Positions 40,048-47,736 of a stretch of 64,000 bases of DNA are shown one piece after another. This DNA comes from Candidatus Poribacteria bacterium (GTDB lineage: Bacteria > Poribacteria > WGA-4E > WGA-3G), in assembly GCA_963663765.2 (NCBI GenBank), contig CAXXUA010000005.1, positions 864,001 to 928,000 of the forward strand, read 5' to 3'. A model generated the notes under the pieces. It was not told the origin of the DNA and made no database searches. It saw nothing but the letters and a program-made list of their open reading frames with translations. Made by a program: the position numbers and the translations under genes. How positions within the stretch are numbered: the stretch's first letter is position 1; every line of letters begins with the position of its first letter.

Positions 40048-41997
40048 CTATTCTGATGCTTGTGTGACCTTCTGTTTTTCTATCGTCAACATGCCTTTTG
40101 TGGTCCCGATCCAAGCCCGATTCTTGTCAACGACAATACATTGAATTGCCAAGCCTTCTAATGCTATTTTCGGGTATCCGATAGTTCCCTGATATTCACC
40201 GGTGTGCGGATAAAAGATAGCGACATAGTCGTTCACAGCAACCCATAAAATCTGCGGTGTTTGCGCTGGTTCTCCATTTTCCTTATCATCAGGGGGTTGT
40301 GGATTCACCTTACCAACGATGCCAGTCACGTATATATCATCTGCTTCATCCTGTTCCTCAAAACCCTCTACCACAGAGTAAGACATAACACCTGATCCAT
40401 CGGAGTTAGCTCGGAAAAACCCGTTTGTCATGATTTCAGGATTGTACCAAGAAAAAAGCACTTTCTCACCAACGACATCAAATTTGACAATCTGGCTTTC
40501 TTGAGCGATACGTGTAAAGTGTTGAGACTCCCAGAGTCCTATTTTCCGATTAAAAACAGCGATATTGTCACCAGATGTACCAACCCATACGACATCGGGT
40601 GTTAGTGCAATTGTGTGAACATCATTGGGAACCGGGTCGTTTCCATGATAGTGGAACAGTTCACCGTTCTCACGCACCTGCCGAACAACACCAGCATCTG
40701 TGGCGAACCAAATTTCCTCTTTATCTATTTTTATGTCCCGAATCCACATACTGGGTAAACCGTTGTTTAGTGTGTAATTTCGCGTTTGATGCGAATTTTT
40801 ATTAAAATAGATGACCCCTTGATTTCGCGTGCCAACCCATACGCCAGAGTTATCTACTGCAATTGATTGGACATCTGGAACTTTTGGCACACTGTCGTTA
40901 ATCATCCAGGCAGCAGGTTCATTCACTTTCCATGCACCAGTACCTTCAGTTTCGATTTGTGCTATCCCTTTCGGAGTGCCTATCCAGAGAGATGTACCAT
41001 CAACTGCTATGGTTTGAATACTGGGATCGGGTAAATCTTGTATGAAGATGTTCCAAGCACTCGCTTGACGTATTTCATTTGCTTTTTCGGCTATCAAAGG
41101 ATCATCGGTATTTTGCAGGACAACGTTAGCAATGTTAACCGCAAGTCCTCTTTCACCAGCCTGTAAATAGATGATTGCCCGTTTCAGGTGAGCTTCATCA
41201 ACCCACTTGCTTTTAGGATAAATCCTGATGAACTGATGCAAGGTGTTTAGTGCCTTTTCCGTTTCGCCAGTTTCTGCTTGTAATCCCCCAATTAAGTAGA
41301 CAGCTTTCTCATGTTCAGCAACATTAGGAAATTGCGATATTGATTTTTGCAACAACTCAAGTCCCGCAGCTGTATCGTTCAAATTTTCTACCAGCATGAA
41401 TCCTGTCTGGTAGCTAAGACCTCCAGCAGATTGATGTTCAGGATAGTGTTTTAGTATCAATTGGTAGGCGTTAACGGCTTGGATAATATTCTCTGCAGCG
41501 ATCGCAGTTTCTCCAATTTCTCGTAATTTCGGCACAAGGTCATAGTTCTTTGCATCTAACAGAGCAACAGATTTAAAACGTTGCACTGCTTTCTCAATAT
41601 CTCCATCTTTCTTATATAGTAAACCGAGTTGATAATGTGCATCTACAAATTTCGGAGATTCCTCCAACGCCTTCTCGAATTGCCGTTTTGCTAATTCTGG
41701 TGCTTCTAAGTCTAACAGGTCGCGCCCATTCCGATAATTCTTCGTAGCCGCTTGGTCTGGCACATTTTCAAGATCCGAGATAAAACGGAGCGTATGCCCT
41801 TCTAATGGAAACCTTAACACCTGCTCGTTATATTCAATTTCAAAGTGTGTATCTGTAGAGTTACGCCAAAGTCCCGTGAGTCGGTCACCGTTTGGCATCT
41901 CTACGATGACGTATTGCTCACAGTTCGCCGTGCTTGTGAACAGCACAAAAAGCATAATAAGGCATATATAATAAAATCGAAGGTAAGTGTTCTGCAT
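40048..41997 (-). CDS. Secreted TPR protein with a C-terminal beta-propeller (two-component-regulator propeller-like)
   Basis: Signal peptide; TPRs; repeated LWIGT/VWVGT/IWFAT blades. Confidence 0.82.
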   Translation of the reverse strand: MQNTYLRFYYICLIMLFVLFTSTANCEQYVIVEMPNGDRLTGLWRNSTDTHFEIEYNEQVLRFPLEGHTLRFISDLENVPDQAATKNYRNGRDLLDLEAPELAKRQFEKALEESPKFVDAHYQLGLLYKKDGDIEKAVQRFKSVALLDAKNYDLVPKLREIGETAIAAENIIQAVNAYQLILKHYPEHQSAGGLSYQTGFMLVENLNDTAAGLELLQKSISQFPNVAEHEKAVYLIGGLQAETGETEKALNTLHQFIRIYPKSKWVDEAHLKRAIIYLQAGERGLAVNIANVVLQNTDDPLIAEKANEIRQASAWNIFIQDLPDPSIQTIAVDGTSLWIGTPKGIAQIETEGTGAWKVNEPAAWMINDSVPKVPDVQSIAVDNSGVWVGTRNQGVIYFNKNSHQTRNYTLNNGLPSMWIRDIKIDKEEIWFATDAGVVRQVRENGELFHYHGNDPVPNDVHTIALTPDVVWVGTSGDNIAVFNRKIGLWESQHFTRIAQESQIVKFDVVGEKVLFSWYNPEIMTNGFFRANSDGSGVMSYSVVEGFEEQDEADDIYVTGIVGKVNPQPPDDKENGEPAQTPQILWVAVNDYVAIFYPHTGEYQGTIGYPKIALEGLAIQCIVVDKNRAWIGTTKGMLTIEKQKVTQASE

Positions 41998-42115
41998 AAA
42001 TTTCTCACTAATATCATATTGATAAGTTCAAGGATATATTATCAGAAACAACGAGAAATGTCAAGAACGTTTGGTGTGTTGAGTGTGTAAAGTTTTTGTA
42101 GAAACCCTGATATTA

Positions 42116-42281
42116 TAGTAGATTTTAGAATTATTTTTACACATTCAGGTGTAGGAGGGAACTCCGATTCCCGACTATCAAGGCGTTCAGTCGCGATTCG
42201 GAGATCGAAATCAACGGTATGAATGCCTATTGGCATTCCCCGCCTACAGAACAAGTGTAAACTTAATTGTATATTTCACTA
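42116..42281. mobile_element. Nested MITE with TA duplication (IS630-like)
   Basis: The empty site reads TTTTAAAAG and the filled site TA[TAGTAG...TCACTA]TA; ends shared with 63363-63518. Confidence 0.8.
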
Positions 42282-42381
42282 TAAAAGAAGTATCTAAAGT
42301 TTCTATCAAAGCTTGCTTGACGTAAGGATTCTGTGGACATCGTAGGGGCGAGGTTTCCTCGCATGCGTAAAACCTCTGTTC

Positions 42382-43044
42382 GGGCGGGGAGACCCCGCAC
42401 CATAAGCGTCAATTTAAGGATTTTGACGTATTGTGGGAGGGGTTTTCAACCCCGAATTTATGCGCTTTTCCTCTCAAATCGGGGTTGAAAACCCCTCCAA
42501 CAAGAGAAATGACAACAATATTTTCTTAAATTGACGCCTATGGGGCGGGGAAACCCCGCACCATAAGCGTCAATTTAAGGATTTTGACGTATTGTGGGAG
42601 GGGTTTTCAACCCCGAATTTATGCGCTTTTCCTCTCAAATCGGGGTTGAAAACCCCTCCAACAAGAGAAATGACAACAATATTTTCTTAAATTGACACCT
42701 ATGGGGCGGGGAAACCCCGCACCATAAGCGTCAATTTAAGGATTTTGACGTATTGTGGGAGGGGTTTTCAACCCCGAATTTATGCGCTTTTCCTCTCAAA
42801 TCGGGGTTGAAAACCCCTCCAACAAGAGAAATGACAACAATATTTTCTTAAATTGACACTTATGGGGCGGGGAAACCCCGCACCATAAGCGTCAATTTAA
42901 GGATTTTGACGTATTGTGGGAAGGGTTTTCAACCCCGAATTTATGCGCTTTTCCTCTCAAATCGGGGTTGAAAACCCCTCCAACAAGAGAAATGACAACA
43001 ATATTTTCTTAAATTGACGCCTATGGGGCGGGGAGACCCCGCCC
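42382..43044 (+). repeat. Array of four 142-bp CATA...TATG elements alternating with five 19-bp hairpin repeats (161-bp period)
   Basis: Units start at 42401, 42562, 42723 and 42884; the repeat is GGGCGGGGA(G/A)ACCCCGC(A/C)C. Confidence 0.93.
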
Positions 43045-43092
43045 CTACGCACAGTAACCAAAACTTTACACACCCCTATACATCTGTTTGTC

Positions 43093-43121
43093 TTGACTCA
43101 TCCAACTTGACAGTATATAAT
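43093..43121 (+). promoter_or_regulatory. Sigma70-like promoter of tsaB
   Basis: TTGACT-17-TATAAT. Confidence 0.55.
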
Positions 43122-43155
43122 ATCTCTATATACGACTTATCTGACTGGCACGTAA

Positions 43156-43881
43156 ATGAAAATATTAGGCATTGACACCTCAACCCCTATCGGTAGCGTT
43201 GCACTCATAGATGCGGAGAACATAGTCGCAGAGCATACACTCAATATTGTCCAAGCACATTCTTCCAGACTGATGCCAGCGATTGACAGTGTGTTAAAAT
43301 GGGGAGAAGTTACACCGAAAGACTTAGACGGTTGTGCGGTTGGCATCGGTCCTGGGTCGTTCACAGGTGTGCGTATCGGCGTGGCAACAGCAAAATCTCT
43401 CTGCTACGCAGCTGATATACCCATCGTCGGCGTTTCCACTTTAGAAGCAATTGCTTATAACCTTCGGTGGACAGATGGACACGTCTGTCCAATTCTTGAT
43501 GCACGCAGGAGTGAAATATATGGTAACATCTTCCACGGTGGCGCAGAATGGAAACGGCTCACTGACGATCTCTGTTTGCCGATTGATTCATTCCTTGATG
43601 AACTCAAGGCACATCTATCCCATGATAACGATGTCACCTTCGTTGGAGATGGACTTTCAAGTTATGGAGATGCGATCCATGAAAAATTTGGTAGTAAAGA
43701 GATAGTCTCGGGGTTGAAAACCCCTCCGACAAGAGAAAACGCAGTGCATTTCGCGGACAATATCTTTAATGTACCGCGCGGATCAACAATCGCAAAACTC
43801 GGTGCAAAACGCTTGAAGCAAGGTGATAGTGACAGTTATTGGACTTTGGTGCCGAACTATGTTAGAATTGGATTGTATTAA
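43156..43881 (+). CDS. tsaB: tRNA threonylcarbamoyladenosine biosynthesis protein TsaB, with an in-frame repeat insertion
   Basis: ILGIDTST, HSSRLMPAI, GPGSFTGVRIG, DARRSEIY and LVPNYVR motifs. Confidence 0.95.
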   Translation: MKILGIDTSTPIGSVALIDAENIVAEHTLNIVQAHSSRLMPAIDSVLKWGEVTPKDLDGCAVGIGPGSFTGVRIGVATAKSLCYAADIPIVGVSTLEAIAYNLRWTDGHVCPILDARRSEIYGNIFHGGAEWKRLTDDLCLPIDSFLDELKAHLSHDNDVTFVGDGLSSYGDAIHEKFGSKEIVSGLKTPPTRENAVHFADNIFNVPRGSTIAKLGAKRLKQGDSDSYWTLVPNYVRIGLY

Positions 43882-43944
43882 ATACTCACAACCCAAACTG
43901 ATACCTAATTAACCCGCCCGTTTTTTAAATGTCTCTTCTATAAG

Positions 43945-45393
43945 ATGAACCGTATTTTCAAAAACACATCTACGCTGTTTAGTGCACACCTTATTGGTCG
44001 CCTCGGTTCACTGGTCCTAACGATCTGGTTGATGCCACGTTTTTTTTCGGAGAACGCATTAGGCGGCTACTTTGTTGCAATCGCATTGACAAACCTCATT
44101 GCGAGCATAACAGAACTCGGCATACATAACCCATTAATTCGGGAGATGACACTCAACCTATCCCAAACGCGCCACTACCTCGGCAATGCCCTCCTCGTCC
44201 GTCTTATCTTGTCCGTTATCGCTTATGCACTCATGATTATTAGCGCTATATTTCTCGGATATACCACAGTGATCGTGACAATGATTGTCTATTTAGGATT
44301 AGCAGAAATTGTCAACGGAATCGCACAACTCTATAGATGCGTATTTCGCGCACATGAGGAGATGAAATATGAGGCATTCACGGTGGTTGCTGAACGCGGA
44401 ACGTTCTTTCTCGTTGGTTGTGCAGCAATTCTGCTTGGGTATGATTTGGTGAACGTGTGTCAGGTGATGCTAATTGCAAGCAGTGTCAACCTCATTCTGA
44501 GCATCGGATATACACGATACCGTTTCACTTCGCTTCGTTTTGAACCGAGTCGTCAGATTATATCCATACTGATGCAACAGGCACTGCCGTTCGCAATCGG
44601 CAATCTGTTCAATCTTGTCTATTTTCGCGTAGATGCAATTATGCTGTCAAAACTGAGTCCTGATGGCATTGATGCAAATACGTGGTACGGGTTAGCATAT
44701 ACGATTGTCAATGCGTTTACAACGCTACCGGGGGCGTTCATGATGGGTGCAATGTTCCCTGTGCTATCACGTGCGTATGAAAATGAACGTGATAGATTAT
44801 CTGCAACATACACATTCGGTGTGCGGTGGATGGTAATATGTGCTGTCCCGTTAGTAGTCGGTTTGGCAACCCTCTCGCACGAAATAACAGATGCGTTGTT
44901 TCCTGCCTATCCCCCAGATACTGTGGAGAAGATCGCAATCGCATTACGATGGCTAAGCGCATCGGGGGGTATGATTTTCTTGACTACCGTTGTCCTCACA
45001 GTGATACGCGCTGCGGACAAACGTCGCGCATTCGCTGTGCTTATGGGAACAACAGCACTCTTGAATATCTGCCTAAACCTAATCCTCATTCCCCGCATGA
45101 GTCACGTTGGCGCAGCAATCGCTATGGTCATCAGCGAGGTATATCTACTCACGATTGGGTTCGGTTATATTTCAAAAAATATTACGAAACTGACCGAAAT
45201 GGGTTTTATTATTAAAGTGCTGCTGCTCTCTGCTGTGATGGGTATAGGTTTGGTTTTGTTGCGAGAAATGCTGTCTATTTGGATCTTGATTCCGTTGGCG
45301 ATGGTGTTTTATAGTGGCGGGATTGTTGTTTGGAGGGAATTTCGAACGAAACTTGCTTTTGATCAAGAATCAGAACTTACGCACAAACGGTAG
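43945..45393 (+). CDS. Oligosaccharide flippase (Wzx/MOP family)
   Basis: Many TM helices; LPFAI..YFRVDAIML and LNLILIP...GAAIA motifs. Confidence 0.9.
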   Translation: MNRIFKNTSTLFSAHLIGRLGSLVLTIWLMPRFFSENALGGYFVAIALTNLIASITELGIHNPLIREMTLNLSQTRHYLGNALLVRLILSVIAYALMIISAIFLGYTTVIVTMIVYLGLAEIVNGIAQLYRCVFRAHEEMKYEAFTVVAERGTFFLVGCAAILLGYDLVNVCQVMLIASSVNLILSIGYTRYRFTSLRFEPSRQIISILMQQALPFAIGNLFNLVYFRVDAIMLSKLSPDGIDANTWYGLAYTIVNAFTTLPGAFMMGAMFPVLSRAYENERDRLSATYTFGVRWMVICAVPLVVGLATLSHEITDALFPAYPPDTVEKIAIALRWLSASGGMIFLTTVVLTVIRAADKRRAFAVLMGTTALLNICLNLILIPRMSHVGAAIAMVISEVYLLTIGFGYISKNITKLTEMGFIIKVLLLSAVMGIGLVLLREMLSIWILIPLAMVFYSGGIVVWREFRTKLAFDQESELTHKR

Positions 45394-45603
45394 GCGGGGA
45401 ATGCCATAGGCGAATTCATAGGCGTCAATTTAAGAAAAAAGTGTTGGTGTTTCTCTTGTGGGAGGGGTTTTCAACCCCGATTTGAGAGGAAAATCGCGTA
45501 AAATCGGGGTTGAAAACCCCTCCCACAAGAGGTCAAAATCCTTAAATTGACGTCTATGGCGAAAGCTATAGGCGCATTCATACCGTTGGATGCGTAAGTC
45601 CTG
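45371..45603. mobile_element. MITE, CAGGACTTACGCA-end family, with nested elements; overlaps the flippase stop
   Basis: CAGAACTTACGCA ... TGCGTAAGTCCTG. Confidence 0.8.
45417..45558 (-). mobile_element. Single 142-bp CATA...TATG element with an imperfect 20-bp flanking direct repeat
   Basis: TIR CATAGGCGTCAATTTAAG; flanks GGGAATGCCATAGGCGAATT / GCGAAAGCTATAGGCGCATT (16/20). Confidence 0.85.
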
Positions 45604-45647
45604 CAAAATTACTGAGAATATCGCTAATATTGCGTAAATCCTGCATA

Positions 45648-46436
45648 TTATTTCCCAAAATTCTTCTTTAGTTTGCCCCATGACGTTGCTAACTTATCTT
45701 GCGGTGTGACTGCAAGCACCCCATCAATACCCAGATTCATCAACTGCTGAATTTCTTTCTGTGTACGAGCTACATTGGAAATTCGCACTTCGTCTATTTT
45801 ACCATCTAAAAACGGACTTGCCCCACGTCCAAGCCAAAGCTCACGATCATTCGGAACAATATCACCACCGATGGTTTCTTCGGCATCCAATTCCCCATCA
45901 ATGTAAATCTTGCCAACACCAGATGTGGCATCGTAAGATGCAGCAGTATGTACCCATGTGTTCAGTTGTACTGTATTCTCACTGAAAACTACCGCAGCAC
46001 CCCAAGCTACAGTGGAAGTTACCATACGAAAAAGCACTTTCTGATCGTTTCTCGGACCAAATTTATAGGTACCCTCTTTTGTCGCACCGGTTCCACCTGC
46101 TGTTGGTGCAGTATTTAGGTAAACCCACATCTCAGTGGTGAGTCCCGTTTCCACGTCAAGACTTTCACTGTCAGGAATTTCCACAAAATCTCTTGGCGCA
46201 TTACCACCCAAAACAAGTCCGTTCCCAAATTTTCCTTCACCCCATTCCGGAGTTCCCATGAGAGTACCATCGTTACCATAGCCAGAAAGGTCTTTTGCAT
46301 CATCACCACTACCTGATTCAAATGTAATAAGTAACACAGTGTTATCATCTTGGGCATAACTCGTCTGAATCAATACACATCCCAAAATGAAAACCAAAAA
46401 TAAAAAGACACGCAAACTTGTAAAGTTTAACATCAT
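45648..46436 (-). CDS. Secreted LamG-like jellyroll domain protein
   Basis: Signal peptide; GKFGNGL, WVHTAASYD and GKIDEVRISNVART motifs; C-terminal KLATSWGKLK. Confidence 0.92.
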   Translation of the reverse strand: MMLNFTSLRVFLFLVFILGCVLIQTSYAQDDNTVLLITFESGSGDDAKDLSGYGNDGTLMGTPEWGEGKFGNGLVLGGNAPRDFVEIPDSESLDVETGLTTEMWVYLNTAPTAGGTGATKEGTYKFGPRNDQKVLFRMVTSTVAWGAAVVFSENTVQLNTWVHTAASYDATSGVGKIYIDGELDAEETIGGDIVPNDRELWLGRGASPFLDGKIDEVRISNVARTQKEIQQLMNLGIDGVLAVTPQDKLATSWGKLKKNFGK

Positions 46437-46743
46437 GCTACCTCCTTTCAGTTCCATAATTAAGACATTACTTTGACATCATCATAACAGATATTCAGAT
46501 ATGAAAAAAGCAGAAAATACAACCATAGGGCAACTATAGTCAAATACCGAAATATATTGGATATTTATTGTTCCACATCACATATAAATTAGAAACAACT
46601 ACACACAATCAATACCTTCGCCATTTTTGAGTGCTTCAGTTGAATGAGTATATAGTGTTGATCTACCATTGCTCTGTGATATTGTTAGGATTATATAAAT
46701 AAAAATAACTTCAGGTTTTCGTTGAAGTATTTTTTTATCATAG

Positions 46744-47209
46744 CAGGGTTATTTAGTTTTAAGAGTTTTCTGTTATTGAGATTTACTGAAAGTTAATACC
46801 CAGGTTTGGTTTCCTAACCGAACTTTCTGCATCAGTTTTAGATTATTGAAAAATGAATATCGCTCTTTAGTCCCGTAGGGACGATATGTTTATAGAAAAC
46901 GAATACCCTCCCCAGTTCTTTAGTCCCGTAGGGACGATATGTTTATAGAAAACGAATACCCTCCCCAGTTCTTTAGTCCCGTAGGGACGATATGTTTATA
47001 GAAAACGAATACCCTCCCCAGTTCTTTAGTCCCGTAGGGACGATATGTTTATTTTTCTATGTCGTTCCTACGGAACTCAAGAGGGATAGATAACATGTTT
47101 CTATAAACATATCGTCCCTACGGGACTAAAGACATGGACAAGATGGCAACACATAAAATTAACGACATAGCAAAATATTATCAATAATATTGAAAACTGA
47201 ATAACCCTG
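46744..47209. mobile_element. MITE with CAGGGTTATT ends (ISAs1-like) and a 53-bp REP tandem
   Basis: TIR CAGGGTTATT(T/C)AGTTTT; tandem units at 46865, 46918, 46971 and 47024. Confidence 0.85.
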
Positions 47210-47407
47210 TTATCACATCCTCTAATTTGACAATAGAAATGACTATATCAGCAATCTGACAGAATAATTTATAGGCACAATCTGGCAGAATGTGCTACAA
47301 CTGCCCGCACAATCTGGAAGAATGTCTATTATTGGCGAAGGTATTGCACAATGCACTATAGTTAAAAGACAATAAAACAAAAAACTTTACATTTTACCCA
47401 AAATAAC

Positions 47408-47436
47408 TTGACAAACACTATTATTTGTGTTACAAT
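47408..47436 (+). promoter_or_regulatory. Near-consensus sigma70 promoter in an AT-rich intergenic region
   Basis: TTGACA-17-TACAAT. Confidence 0.5.
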
Positions 47437-47736
47437 ATATATTACATATCAGATATATAACATAATATATAAAATGACTTACATAAATGATAAATTTAGA
47501 AATGTTACACTTCTCCGAAAATATTATTTTTAAAATCCCGAAATTCACAATAAAAACACCTATATACCCTTACTACTACTGAATTTACAGCAAAACATAA
47601 AAAGTTACAAAAAACGAAGAAAGTGTCCATTTAGTAACTTTTGAAGGACGAATCACCCAAACAAAAACGCAAAATAAACAACATCATCTCGGACCAAACC
47701 CTTGCATTTAATGTCCAAACCCTATACAATAAAAAT

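Larger units (their letters stand above)
42081..43075. mobile_element. GGGTGTGTAAAG-end MITE (inverted copy of 52571-52753) with nested insertions
   Basis: Aligns to the reverse complement of 52571-52753 apart from inserts at 42116-42281 and 42401-43025. Confidence 0.88.

Noticed and set aside
42382-43044. Possible CRISPR array
   Set aside because: The 142-bp intervening units are copies of one TIR element, not unique spacers; reported as a mobile-element array instead.
46865-47051. Possible CRISPR array
   Set aside because: Perfect 53-bp tandem with identical intervening sequence.
47220-47700. Replication origin or sRNA in the AT-rich region
   Set aside because: No DnaA boxes, no dnaA context and no recognisable structured RNA; only a promoter-like motif is supportable.
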